Shown piece after piece: positions 1 to 9,746 of a stretch of 64,000 bases of DNA. The notes beneath the pieces were generated by a model, which did not search any database, had not been told where the DNA came from, and saw only the letters and a program-made list of their open reading frames with translations. The stretch is from the NCBI GenBank assembly GCA_037142615.1, contig JBAXAI010000001.1:224001-288000 (forward strand), read 5' to 3'. Each line of letters starts with the position of its first letter. Within the stretch, counting starts at the first letter, position 1. The stretch comes from Spirochaetales bacterium (GTDB lineage: Bacteria > Spirochaetota > Spirochaetia > JABEVK01). A program made the translations under genes and the position numbers.

Positions 1-566
1 ACGAAGTCCAGGCCCTGTACGATCTGGGGTTACGGCGCTTCGGCGAGAACCGAGTGGCCGAAGCGCTCGGAAAGATTGCCCTTTTCCCTGAAGAAGTGGA
101 ATGGCACATGATAGGGCACCTACAATCAAACAAGACCGACCTGTGTACAAGGTTCCACACGCTTCAGTCGCTGGACCGGGCCAAGACCGCGCGCGCTCTT
201 GAGTCGTCTCTGATTGGCGGCAACAAAACGATGCGTGTCCTGATCGAAGTGAATACCGGCGGGGAAGGACAGAAAGATGGTACTTCCACCGAAGCCCAGC
301 TGAATGAGGTGATCGAGGCTGTCCTTTCATGCCCGCACCTGAGCTGGCAGGGGTTGATGACAATGGCGCCCTTCACTCGGGATGAAGTGGTTGTCCGCCG
401 GTGTTTTTCGCGGCTCTACCACTTGAGGGAGTCTTTGTCGGCACGCTTCTCCGGACAGGCGCTGCCGGTACTGTCTATGGGGATGTCGAATGACTTTGAA
501 TGGGCCATTGCTGAGGGAAGTACCATGCTCCGTATCGGTACGCTACTGTTCGAGAGTACCCCATGA
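1..566 (+). CDS. yggS: PLP homeostasis protein, YggS family (5' partial)
   Basis: Frame open from the window edge: FGENRV, WHMIGHLQSNK, GLMTMAP, LSMGMSNDF, EGSTMLRIGT motifs. Confidence 0.95.
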   Translation, partial: EVQALYDLGLRRFGENRVAEALGKIALFPEEVEWHMIGHLQSNKTDLCTRFHTLQSLDRAKTARALESSLIGGNKTMRVLIEVNTGGEGQKDGTSTEAQLNEVIEAVLSCPHLSWQGLMTMAPFTRDEVVVRRCFSRLYHLRESLSARFSGQALPVLSMGMSNDFEWAIAEGSTMLRIGTLLFESTP

Positions 567-958
567 AACGCTTGTGTGCGGCGTCCGTTCTTTTGTTTCT
601 CTTGACTGCAGCTTTTGGCGCGGAAGCCGACAAACCCAAGGACTACGCGCCCGAGGAGTTTCCGGTCTGGGCCCAGGACTTGCGCCGGGCGGAGATCTTG
701 ACAGTGGGGGCGTTTCCGTTTGTCTTTCTCTTTGCCGGCCTTGGTTTTGACGTTGTCTACTGGAGCTCGCACAGTTTCGACCAAAGCAGGATTCCCTGGC
801 CGGTAGGTCCTGGCACTTCGGGCTGGACCGAGGCCGCCAACTCCAAGGACCTCGCCGCCAAGAACCTCTTCTTGGTCGTCTCGAGTCTGGGGGTTTCCGT
901 TGCTATCGCGGCCGCTGATTGGCTTGTGCTTCATTGGCCGTTGGCAGGGGCCCCGTGA
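563..958 (+). CDS. hypothetical membrane protein
   Basis: ATGA overlap with yggS; signal peptide plus two hydrophobic segments. Confidence 0.75.
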   Translation: MKRLCAASVLLFLLTAAFGAEADKPKDYAPEEFPVWAQDLRRAEILTVGAFPFVFLFAGLGFDVVYWSSHSFDQSRIPWPVGPGTSGWTEAANSKDLAAKNLFLVVSSLGVSVAIAAADWLVLHWPLAGAP

Positions 959-1902
959 CGCGTCAGACTCGGAGGGTCGAAGTCCCGGAGCTCGATACAC
1001 CCCAAAGGCTCGACAAGTTCTTGTGTGAGGCTCTGGGGTTGTTTCCGAGGACCCAATACGAGCGACGTATCGTCGAGGCGTTCGCGGGAAGAAGAATTCT
1101 CAAACCCGGTGTCAAGCTCAGCGGGGGCGAGGTTCTGCAGGTTTCTTGGAACGACCTCCCCGAAGTTTCCTTTGGTGCAGAGGATATTCCTCTCGATATA
1201 CTTTATGAAGACGAAACGGTTTTGGTGGTCAATAAACCCCGTGGCATGGTTGTCCATCCGGCGCAGGGAAACTGGACGGGCACCCTGGTTCAAGCGTTGC
1301 TATTTCATGTAAAGGACCTCGAGGACCAGTTCGACGAGCACGAAGCCCGTCCAGGTATTGTACACCGCCTCGATAAGGACACGACCGGGGTGCTGGTCAC
1401 GGCGAAGACCCCGGGTGCGCTCGAGTCACTGTCGGCTCAGTTCCGCGACAGGACCACCAAAAAGGTCTACTACGCCATACTCAAGGGCGAACTCAGGCAG
1501 GCCGAGGGAATCCTTGATACCAACGTGGGCCGTGATCTCCATCACAGACAACGATTCACGGTGACGGGGCCCGAACAAGGGAAGCAGGCCGTGACCCGCT
1601 GGCGGGTGCTAGCGAAGGTTCGGGGCTACACTCTGGTGGAGTTTTGCCCGCAGACCGGACGAACGCACCAACTGCGGGTTCATGCCCTTCATCTGCAATG
1701 CCCGATCCTCGGGGACCCGGTCTATACGCGCACCGACTCGCGAATGCCCCAAGCGCCCCTGATGTTGCATGCCGCCAGCCTCGAGCTTCGCCTTCCCGGG
1801 AGTTCCGTGCCGCAAATCTTCAGGGCAGAGATTCCCGAGGATTTTCGAACAGTCCTGACAAGTCTGTCACTTCCACTCCCGCCGATTGCCGCACCTGATT
1901 GA
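955..1902 (+). CDS. rluD: RluA-family 23S rRNA pseudouridine synthase
   Basis: GTGA overlap start; RLDKFL S4-like region, NKPRGMVVHP, GIVHRLDKDTTG, TGRTHQLRVH. Confidence 0.93.
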   Translation: MTRQTRRVEVPELDTPQRLDKFLCEALGLFPRTQYERRIVEAFAGRRILKPGVKLSGGEVLQVSWNDLPEVSFGAEDIPLDILYEDETVLVVNKPRGMVVHPAQGNWTGTLVQALLFHVKDLEDQFDEHEARPGIVHRLDKDTTGVLVTAKTPGALESLSAQFRDRTTKKVYYAILKGELRQAEGILDTNVGRDLHHRQRFTVTGPEQGKQAVTRWRVLAKVRGYTLVEFCPQTGRTHQLRVHALHLQCPILGDPVYTRTDSRMPQAPLMLHAASLELRLPGSSVPQIFRAEIPEDFRTVLTSLSLPLPPIAAPD

Positions 1903-2443
1903 AGAGTTTCTCACCTCGCATCAGCGAAGGAGGTCCCTCGCCGGGGAAGATCAGCGTATCGTCCTGCCAGGTGAAGAATCTGCGCTCCAAAGCGATCGCC
2001 AGGTTGGCACGGGCGTAGGCGCTCGTGGTCTTGGGGGGTTTTCCCGCTGAAAGCAGATCTCCACAGAAGACCCAGTTACCGATCTTGTAGACCACCGAAT
2101 CGTGGCTGAGCTCTGGAAAGCAGAGTGCATCGACAAGAAACGTTCCCAAGGGAAGATGGCTCCCCGGCTTGACCGGCTGACACTCAAAGTCCAACACGCG
2201 GTCGTTTCGGCTGTAGATCTCCGCGTCGTAGACCTTTTTCAAGGTGCGAAGCCCGCGCAGATGCTCGGGTTGGCACCGCGTAATAAGCACCCAGCGGATG
2301 GAAAAGCCGTTGTCTTCAATGGCCTCGAGCAACCGGACATCGAGCACCCCAGGGTCAATCAGAATAGCGTCGCCGCCGCCGTCCGGACCCACGACATAGG
2401 TGTTGGAGAAGTTCTCGACGGAATAATGGAAAACTAACTTCAT
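1820..2443 (-). CDS. MBL-fold hydrolase-like protein with degenerate metal site
   Basis: NTYVV, LIDPG, FCGDLL, IFPGEGP; the HxHxDH motif reads RCQPEH. Confidence 0.75.
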   Translation of the reverse strand: MKLVFHYSVENFSNTYVVGPDGGGDAILIDPGVLDVRLLEAIEDNGFSIRWVLITRCQPEHLRGLRTLKKVYDAEIYSRNDRVLDFECQPVKPGSHLPLGTFLVDALCFPELSHDSVVYKIGNWVFCGDLLSAGKPPKTTSAYARANLAIALERRFFTWQDDTLIFPGEGPPSLMRGEKLFNQVRQSAGVEVTDLSGLFENPRESLP

Positions 2444-3039
2444 GGGATTCTCACCGCCCCATCGAACTCAGCTTCCTCGTCATTGCTGTATTTGAACTCG
2501 ACTCGCTCGAGCCTGGAGGCTGAAAAATGGGTCTTTTTGAGGTTGCAGTCTACATACTTGACTGACTCCTGCTGGGAACCGATGAAGCGGGAGAAGTACA
2601 AGTCGGACTCTGAGAACACAACCTCGCGGGCCTCGAGCGCGTTGAAGTTCACGTGCAAAAGGTCGCTGCCTGCAAAGTTTACCTCCTGCAGCCTCCCGCC
2701 GGAGAAACTGCAGAAGAGCAGGGTAACTCCCTTGGCGCTGCAGTCCTTCCACTGGCTGAAATCAAAGAAGCAGTGATGGAACCGGGCTCCATCGAGCTTC
2801 ATTCCTGTCCAATCTGAACCCATGAAGCTGCAGCCGTCGAAGACTTTCCCCGACCAGTCTCGCCCGGAAAAAGGGAACCGGCCCAGCGAAAGGCTGGAAA
2901 AAGCACCCTCTGCGGAAAGTTCGTCGGCCCACTGACGGGCGAACTCGGTAGGCGCCTCCAAGTGAGAAAAACAGGTGTCGGCCCGTTCCACGGCGTGGCG
3001 TCGGCAGTCGGGATGACGACAGGGGCGGTTGGAAAACAT
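2440..3039 (-). CDS. pentapeptide repeat protein
   Basis: F/L every five residues throughout; N-terminal Cys/His cluster. Confidence 0.85.
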   Translation of the reverse strand: MFSNRPCRHPDCRRHAVERADTCFSHLEAPTEFARQWADELSAEGAFSSLSLGRFPFSGRDWSGKVFDGCSFMGSDWTGMKLDGARFHHCFFDFSQWKDCSAKGVTLLFCSFSGGRLQEVNFAGSDLLHVNFNALEAREVVFSESDLYFSRFIGSQQESVKYVDCNLKKTHFSASRLERVEFKYSNDEEAEFDGAVRIP

Positions 3040-3061
3040 AGCTGCAGTCTACCCGATGAGT

Positions 3062-3090
3062 TTGACAAAAAGAAGGCCCTTTGACATACT
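3062..3090 (+). promoter_or_regulatory. sigma70-type promoter of the pur/gua operon
   Basis: TTGACA-17 nt-CATACT, 5 nt before the purB ATG. Confidence 0.7.
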
Positions 3091-3095
3091 GCCGC

Positions 3096-4535
3096 ATGGA
3101 ACAAAGAAGCCTTTTTCAGAACCTTTCGCCGTTGGACCATCGGTATTATTTGTCCAATCGTGACCTGTTCGACCGGCTGGGCTCCTACCTGAGCGAGGAC
3201 GCCGCCGTGAAGTACGCGGTTCGCTGCGAGGCGGCACTTCTGAAGGCTCACCTCGAGTTGAGGTTCCCCGAACAGCAGCGGCCGGAGCTTCAGGCGTCCA
3301 TCGATGCCCTTGAGTTCCTCGTGACTTCCCAAGCAGTTTACGAGGAAGAAGAAAAGACCCAGCACAACATCCGTGCGCTCGTGAACGTGATCAAGCGGCA
3401 TCTGCCTCCGGCCTTGGTCCCGTTTGTCCACTTGGGCGCCACGTCGGTCGACATGCTCGACACCGCCAACGCCCTGAAAATCCGCGATGCGGTCCGTCTG
3501 GTGCTTGTTCCTTTGCTGGCAGAGCTCGAAACGGCGTTGGCGAAACTCGCGCGGCAGGAGTCGCTGACCCCGCAGATCGGACGAACTCACGGCCAACATG
3601 CGGTACCCATCACCGTGGGCTTCGCCCTGGCCGAGTACGTTTCCCGGCTCGGAAAATCCATCCTGGAGATCCAAAGGCTCAGTGGCGAACTCAGAGGCAA
3701 GTTTGCCGGGGCGGTCGGGGCATACAACGCTACCAGCGTCATGACCACCGACCCTCAGGCCCTGGAACGTCTGGTTCTTGGTTACCTGGGGCTTGAGCCA
3801 TCGGAGCATTCCACCCAACTCGTGGAACCGGAATACCTCCTGCGGCTGCTCTTGGAAATCAACGTCGCTTTCGGGGTGATCGCCAACCTGGCCGACGATC
3901 TGCGCAACCTTCAGCGCTCCGAGATCGGTGAGTTCCGAGAACTGTTCACGGCAACGCAGGTTGGCTCGTCAACCATGCCTCAGAAGCGTAATCCTTGGAA
4001 CTCTGAGCACGTGAAGAGTCTGTGGAAGGCGTTTGCCCCGCGTGCAATGACGTTCTTCCTCGATCAGATCAGCGAGCACCAGCGCGATCTCACCAATTCG
4101 GCGTCGGGACGCTTTGTCACCGACTACTTAGCCGGCTTCGTGGCGGCCGTGGCCCGGATGAAGAAGGTCGTGACAACGCTTTCGGTAGATAAAGCAAGTC
4201 TGGAAAGAAACTTACGCGTCGGCGCCGGTGACCTCGTGCTCGCTGAGAGTGTCTACATTCTGTTGTCACTGGCGGGTGAACCCGAAGGCCACGAAGTCGT
4301 TCGTGTGCTGACTCTGGAATGTGAAGCCCAAAAGAAGACTCTTCTGGACGCGCTCAAGGCTCGTCCAGCCGTCTGGGCGACAATCCAAACCCAGTTGAAG
4401 GCGACCACCGGCTGGGATGCCGAGCATTTCTTTTCTCACCCGGACCTCTATCATGGTCAGGCACCGCAAAAGGCAGTGGCGCTGGCCGACAAATACGAAT
4501 CCCTGATGAAACCCTTTCTGGAGGTGCGCGCATGA
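3096..4535 (+). CDS. purB: adenylosuccinate lyase
   Basis: HLGATS, GRTHGQHA, GSSTMPQKRNP fumarase-superfamily signature. Confidence 0.95.
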   Translation: MEQRSLFQNLSPLDHRYYLSNRDLFDRLGSYLSEDAAVKYAVRCEAALLKAHLELRFPEQQRPELQASIDALEFLVTSQAVYEEEEKTQHNIRALVNVIKRHLPPALVPFVHLGATSVDMLDTANALKIRDAVRLVLVPLLAELETALAKLARQESLTPQIGRTHGQHAVPITVGFALAEYVSRLGKSILEIQRLSGELRGKFAGAVGAYNATSVMTTDPQALERLVLGYLGLEPSEHSTQLVEPEYLLRLLLEINVAFGVIANLADDLRNLQRSEIGEFRELFTATQVGSSTMPQKRNPWNSEHVKSLWKAFAPRAMTFFLDQISEHQRDLTNSASGRFVTDYLAGFVAAVARMKKVVTTLSVDKASLERNLRVGAGDLVLAESVYILLSLAGEPEGHEVVRVLTLECEAQKKTLLDALKARPAVWATIQTQLKATTGWDAEHFFSHPDLYHGQAPQKAVALADKYESLMKPFLEVRA

Positions 4536-5977
4536 TTCCCATGGAGGAGTCTCTGAGTTACGACGACGTTTTGCTGAAACCTGGCTTTGCCGATTTCTTG
4601 CCCCATGAGGTCACGGTCAAAACTCAACTGACCAAGAAGATCGCCCTCAACGTTCCAATTCTCGCTGCCGCCATGGACACCGTGTCGGAAGACCGCTTGG
4701 CGATTGCCTTGGCGCTCGAAGGCGGGGCGGCCGTGATCCACCGGAACCTGACGCCACAAGTTCAGGCCGAACACGTGGGCCGTGTCAAACGCTACCTCAA
4801 CTGGGTCATCGAGAATCCCGTGGTTGTCCGCAAGGGCGAAACCGTCGATGCCGTGCAGAAAATCATGATCCAATACGGCGTTTCTGGTTTGCCCGTGGTC
4901 GATGCGGAGCGAAAGCTGGTCGGGATCATCACCGGTCGCGATCTCAGGTTTTGCACCGACTACACGCAGTTGGTCGAGAACGTGATGACCAAGAACCCCG
5001 TCGTCGAGGTCGGCACTGTCAGCCTCGCGACGGCCGAAGAGAAGTTCAACCGCTACAAAATCGAAAAGCTTCCGGTCGTAGACGACGATGGTCGTTTGAT
5101 TGGCCTGGTCACTGTAAAGGACATGGAAAAGCATCAGGCCTTTCCGAACGCGAGCGTGGATGAGAGTGGGCGCTTGGTCGTGGGGGCCGCCATCAGCCCA
5201 CAGGACTGGGAGAAACGCATTCCGCTGCTGCTTCAGTCCCGGGTCGATTTCGTGGTTCTCGACACCGCTCATGGTGACAGCGCCAACGTGGTCAGCGCCG
5301 TCAGGTCCATCAAGACCAAGTATCCCGACCTTCAAGTGATCGGCGGGAACGTGGCGACCCGCGAGGGTACCCGGAGGCTAATCGAAGCAGGGGCCGATGC
5401 CGTCAAAGTCGGGGTGGGCCCTGGCTCGATCTGCACCACCCGAATTGTGGCCGGTATCGGCGTCGCGCAGTTTTCGGCCGTCTATGACTGCGCCGAAGAA
5501 GCCCTCAAGTCGGGCATTCCTGTGATCGCCGATGGCGGCATCAAGTTTTCGGGTGACATCGTGAAGGCCATCGGAGCCGGGGCCGCCACGGTGATGCTTG
5601 GCAACCTGTTTGCCGGGCTCAAGGAGGCCCCCGGTAAGGAAATCATCTACGAGGGCCGTATTTTCAAGGAATATCGCGGCATGGGCTCGTTAGGCGCCAT
5701 CAAGGAAGGTTCCGGAGATCGCTACGCCATGGACAAGAAGGCCGATCCGGTACCAGAGGGCATCGAGGGCAGGGTGCCCTTCAAGGGCGAGCTGAAGCCC
5801 TTTGTGCATCAGTTGGTCACCGGCCTCAAGAAGGGGATGGGCTACACCGGGTGCAAGAACCTCCTCGAATTGCGGACCTACCGCAAATTCGTTAAGATCA
5901 GCGCAGCTGGACTGCGGGAAAGCCACGCACACGATGTCTACATCACGCAGGAATCTCCCAACTACTCCCGGAACTAA
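4532..5977 (+). CDS. guaB: IMP dehydrogenase with CBS pair
   Basis: [29 protein letters not shown]. Confidence 0.98.
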   Translation: MIPMEESLSYDDVLLKPGFADFLPHEVTVKTQLTKKIALNVPILAAAMDTVSEDRLAIALALEGGAAVIHRNLTPQVQAEHVGRVKRYLNWVIENPVVVRKGETVDAVQKIMIQYGVSGLPVVDAERKLVGIITGRDLRFCTDYTQLVENVMTKNPVVEVGTVSLATAEEKFNRYKIEKLPVVDDDGRLIGLVTVKDMEKHQAFPNASVDESGRLVVGAAISPQDWEKRIPLLLQSRVDFVVLDTAHGDSANVVSAVRSIKTKYPDLQVIGGNVATREGTRRLIEAGADAVKVGVGPGSICTTRIVAGIGVAQFSAVYDCAEEALKSGIPVIADGGIKFSGDIVKAIGAGAATVMLGNLFAGLKEAPGKEIIYEGRIFKEYRGMGSLGAIKEGSGDRYAMDKKADPVPEGIEGRVPFKGELKPFVHQLVTGLKKGMGYTGCKNLLELRTYRKFVKISAAGLRESHAHDVYITQESPNYSRN

Positions 5978-5987
5978 GGAAGCAACC

Positions 5988-7217
5988 ATGAACATCGTTG
6001 TTGTGGGCGCCCAATGGGGCGATGAAGGGAAGGGCAAGATTGTCGACTTCCTTTCCGAAAAGGCCGAACTTGTGGTGAGGTTCTCAGGTGGCGCCAACGC
6101 TGGCCACACCATTATCCACGGCGACAAGGTGTACAAACTGCACTTGGTACCCTCCGGAATCGTCAGCCCGGGCAAGCTGTCCTTGCTCGGAGCGGGCATG
6201 GTTGTTGACCCAGTTGCGCTTTTCAACGAGCTGGACGAGTTGTCGGCGGCGGGCGTGCAATGGAAGGGTCGCGTGTTCGTGAGCGACCGGGCTCATCTGG
6301 TGCTTTCTACCTACAAAGAACTTGACCAGCAGATGGAAAAACAGCGGCGCATTCCGATCGGGACGACGGGTCGAGGCATCGGCGTGACCTATGCACTCAA
6401 GGCCCACCGCGACGGCGTTCGCGTCGGCGACTTGTTCAGCGAACAAATCTGGAGTCATCTGCGCCCGGCCGAGAAGGAGTTTCTGGCTCCTTTCCGTGAG
6501 CGGCTTCGACCGTTGGTTGTGGACCAAGCGGCGTTCATGCGAGCACGCAAAGGCCAACCCACGCTCTTTGAAGGGGCACAGGGTGTGCTCCTTGACCTCG
6601 ACTGGGGTACCTATCCTTTTGTTAGCTCAGGTTATTCTGCGGCAGGTGGTGCGGCCCTCGGCGGTGGAATCGGTCCTCGCGCCATTGACAGGGTCTACGG
6701 AGTGTTCAAGGCCTACACCACACGTGTCGGCAACGGGCCGTTCCCAACCGAGTTCCGTGCAGAGCGCGACGGAGATTTGGGCGAGCAGATCCGCTCCATC
6801 GGCAAAGAATACGGAGTCACCACCGGTCGTGCGCGTCGGACGGGCTTTCTTGATCTGGTGGCCCTCCGTTACGCCTGCTGGACCAACAGCCTCGACGGCC
6901 TGGTGATTACCAAGCTCGATATCTACGATTCCTTCGATACGATCAAAGTCTGCACCGGCTACATAATTGATGGTCAACTGACGGTGGACTTCCCGACCAC
7001 CATCGAGGCGCTCGACAAGGCTGTGCCCGTCATTCAGGAGTTCCCCGGTTGGAAGACCGACTTGAGCGTGCTCCGCGAGTTCGAGCAGCTTCCCAAACAA
7101 GTCGTGGCGTACCTCGCGTTCATCGAGGCGTTTGTCGAGACCCCCATCACTGTGATTTCGGTGGGACCTGACAAAGCCCAAACCTTTCAAAGGAAGGACC
7201 CGTGGACAAGATCCTGA
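5988..7217 (+). CDS. purA: adenylosuccinate synthetase
   Basis: SD AAGGA; GAQWGDEGKGK, GGANAGHT, EGAQG, GVTTGRARR. Confidence 0.97.
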   Translation: MNIVVVGAQWGDEGKGKIVDFLSEKAELVVRFSGGANAGHTIIHGDKVYKLHLVPSGIVSPGKLSLLGAGMVVDPVALFNELDELSAAGVQWKGRVFVSDRAHLVLSTYKELDQQMEKQRRIPIGTTGRGIGVTYALKAHRDGVRVGDLFSEQIWSHLRPAEKEFLAPFRERLRPLVVDQAAFMRARKGQPTLFEGAQGVLLDLDWGTYPFVSSGYSAAGGAALGGGIGPRAIDRVYGVFKAYTTRVGNGPFPTEFRAERDGDLGEQIRSIGKEYGVTTGRARRTGFLDLVALRYACWTNSLDGLVITKLDIYDSFDTIKVCTGYIIDGQLTVDFPTTIEALDKAVPVIQEFPGWKTDLSVLREFEQLPKQVVAYLAFIEAFVETPITVISVGPDKAQTFQRKDPWTRS

Positions 7218-8749
7218 TCCTGGATTTCGGTGGCCAGACCTGCCAGTTGATTGGGCGACGGTTGCGCGAAGCGGGGGTGTATTCCGAGATCATCAGCCAC
7301 GACAAACCCTGTACGACCGAACTGCTGCTAGACGTCAAAGGACTGGTCTTTTCCGGCTCACCCTATTCGGTTTATGAGCCAGACTCTCCGCGGGTAGATC
7401 CAAAGTTCCTTCAGGCGGGCCTGCCGGTTCTTGGCATTTGCTACGGCTTCCAGTTGCTCACCGAGACACTGGGAGGCAAGGTGAAGGGGCAGGACCTCAA
7501 GGAATATGGCAGGGTCCCCCTCAAAGTCCAAAGGCAGGATCCCCTGTTTGCTGGGGTCCCACAAGGCTTTCAGAGCTGGATGAGCCACGGCGACAGCATT
7601 GAGTCCCTTGCCCCCGGGTTTGATCTGGTGTGTGAGTCGGACAACCATCCTGCCGCTGCCTGGGACTCCGGACGGCGTTTCTGGGGCATTCAGTTTCATC
7701 CGGAAGTCAGCCATTGCGAGTACGGCAACGTGATTCTTTCCAACTTCGCTCTCGGCATCTGCGGGGCCAAGGCCGACTGGACCATGGAACTGTACTTGGA
7801 AATGGAAGGCTCCAAGATCCGGTCCCGCGTTGGCTCTTCGCCCGTCTTGCTCTTGATCTCGGGCGGAGTGGACTCCACGGTCGCAGGAGTGATGTTGCTC
7901 AAAATCCTCGACCCGGAGCTTGTGCATCTGATGTACATCGACACCGGTCTCATGCGCGCCAACGAATCGACCGAAGTCGAGGTCATCCTGAGAACCCTGG
8001 GCGCAAAACACTTGCATTTGATCCACGCGGAAGCTCGTTTCTTGACGGCCCTCCAAGGCTTGGCCGACCCCGAAGCCAAACGCAAAGCCATTGGCGACAC
8101 GTTTATCCGCGTACAAGAGGAAGAGGTTGCCCGCCTGCAGTTGACCGATTATTTCTTAGCCCAAGGCACACTCTATACCGACCTCATTGAGTCGGGGAAA
8201 GGTGTTGGCAAGAAGGCTCATGTCATCAAGAGTCATCACAACGTCGGTACTCCCTTGGTCGAAGCGAAACGCCAGGCCGGTCGAATAATCGAACCCCTCG
8301 AAATGCTCTACAAGGATGAAGTTCGCGCCTTGGGTGCTCGTTTGGGCCTGCCCGAAGCGGTGGTCTGGAGACACCCCTTCCCCGGACCAGGCTTGGGGAT
8401 AAGGGTTCTTGGCGAAGTCACCAAGGAGAAATGCGACATTTTGCGGCAGGCCGACGCGCTGTATTTGAGTGAGTTGCGCCGCCGAAATCTGTACCGCGAA
8501 ATCTGGCAGGCGTTCGCTGTCTTGCTACCCGTCCGTTCAGTTGGCGTTACTGGTGACGCCCGGGACTACGGTTACGTGCTTGCGCTGCGAGCAGTGACCT
8601 CCAAGGATGGAATGACCGCCGACGTCTACGATTTTCCCATGAAAGACCTTCTGGAAATTTCCAGTCTCATCACCAACCAGGTGAGGGCCGTTGGCCGTGT
8701 GACCTATGACATCTCATCAAAGCCACCATCGACGATTGAGTGGGAGTGA
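7202..8749 (+). CDS. guaA: GMP synthase (glutamine-hydrolysing)
   Basis: LDFGGQ, GICYG, QFHPE, SGGVDS, IKSHHNV, KPPSTIEWE. Confidence 0.98.
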   Translation: MDKILILDFGGQTCQLIGRRLREAGVYSEIISHDKPCTTELLLDVKGLVFSGSPYSVYEPDSPRVDPKFLQAGLPVLGICYGFQLLTETLGGKVKGQDLKEYGRVPLKVQRQDPLFAGVPQGFQSWMSHGDSIESLAPGFDLVCESDNHPAAAWDSGRRFWGIQFHPEVSHCEYGNVILSNFALGICGAKADWTMELYLEMEGSKIRSRVGSSPVLLLISGGVDSTVAGVMLLKILDPELVHLMYIDTGLMRANESTEVEVILRTLGAKHLHLIHAEARFLTALQGLADPEAKRKAIGDTFIRVQEEEVARLQLTDYFLAQGTLYTDLIESGKGVGKKAHVIKSHHNVGTPLVEAKRQAGRIIEPLEMLYKDEVRALGARLGLPEAVVWRHPFPGPGLGIRVLGEVTKEKCDILRQADALYLSELRRRNLYREIWQAFAVLLPVRSVGVTGDARDYGYVLALRAVTSKDGMTADVYDFPMKDLLEISSLITNQVRAVGRVTYDISSKPPSTIEWE

Positions 8750-8782
8750 AAATCCTCCGATAGAAACTGCAAGAGGGTTTTC

Positions 8783-9463
8783 ATGATTTATCGCCAATGG
8801 AAAGACCTGTTCACCGAGCACGATGAACGCTCATCGGCTTGGCTCGCCAAGTGGGTCGGCGTGACAACCGAAGAGCTGAACTACTGGGACTTGGAACCGG
8901 AATATGGGGCCTTTGTTGGAGCTGACGGACAGATTCTGGCAGGCAACCATCCTTCCGGGGTCAGTCTGGCCGGTTCAGATCCGCAGAAGCTTCATTTGGG
9001 GTCCTTGGGATCCCTGAAGAGCAGCTACCCCGAATCGCAACTCTGGTTCCTCGATTGGGGCCAACAGACTACAACCTGGACCGAGCTGTTCTCACTTTGG
9101 CAAGCTTGGGAAGATGAAGGCCGTATTTTGGCCAGTGGTCCGGTTCAGGTCGATTTTGACAAGAGCGGTACGTGGAAAGCTCCGGCCTTTGTCCTTTGGA
9201 AAGCAGCACCCGAGGAAGCCTCCTTGGTTGCCACCGTGGTCCGGACCGACGCCCCTTTCGCTGCCGGCGGCGGGCTCCTGGCTCGTGCCCAAGCCTTGCG
9301 CGACGCCCAGTCTGAGGCGGAGCCTGCCTACGCCTATGCCGACGGGGCCAGTGAAGAAGTCCTGCCGATGTTGCCGTTTACGCTCGAAGCCTTGCGCGAT
9401 GAATCCCACCGTTGGCCACGTGGCGTCGAGGCCTTTGCTCCTCGTGGCCAAGCCACTTCTTGA
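8783..9463 (+). CDS. hypothetical Trp-rich acidic protein
   Basis: SD GAGG; 226-aa ORF after guaA; no recognised motif. Confidence 0.65.
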   Translation: MIYRQWKDLFTEHDERSSAWLAKWVGVTTEELNYWDLEPEYGAFVGADGQILAGNHPSGVSLAGSDPQKLHLGSLGSLKSSYPESQLWFLDWGQQTTTWTELFSLWQAWEDEGRILASGPVQVDFDKSGTWKAPAFVLWKAAPEEASLVATVVRTDAPFAAGGGLLARAQALRDAQSEAEPAYAYADGASEEVLPMLPFTLEALRDESHRWPRGVEAFAPRGQATS

Positions 9464-9489
9464 CACGGGTCGCAAGAACGGGCTATTTT
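9460..9489 (+). promoter_or_regulatory. putative sigma70 promoter of the small basic ORF
   Basis: TTGACA 9460-9465, 18 nt, TATTTT. Confidence 0.5.
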
Positions 9490-9514
9490 AGCCTATATTG
9501 ACTGGAGGCATTGG

Positions 9515-9691
9515 ATGGCCAAGAAAGGTATTTCGAAGAACGCCCGGCGCGAAGGGGCTCAGGAGCTTCTGAGCAAGTGGGGCGGGAAGATCCGCATGAA
9601 GTCCGTATTTGAGAACGGAAAGATGCGTCATGTCGCCATCTGCGAAAAGTCGGGCAACACCGCTCGTCGGCCCGCAGAATTGATGGAATAG
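9515..9691 (+). CDS. 58-aa basic protein, possible lineage-specific ribosomal protein (bL38-like)
   Basis: GGAGG SD; MAKKGISKNARREGAQELLSKWGGKIRMKSVFENGKMRHVAICEKSGNTARRPAELME; own promoter and terminator; absent from the ORF track. Confidence 0.75.
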   Translation: MAKKGISKNARREGAQELLSKWGGKIRMKSVFENGKMRHVAICEKSGNTARRPAELME

Positions 9692-9710
9692 TTCCACTTT
9701 GGTGGGAAAG

Positions 9711-9734
9711 ACCGGCCGATGGCCGGTTTTTTTT
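9711..9734 (+). terminator. rho-independent terminator
   Basis: ACCGGCC-GAT-GGCCGGT followed by a T tract. Confidence 0.85.
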
Positions 9735-9746
9735 GCTCAAGTGCAT

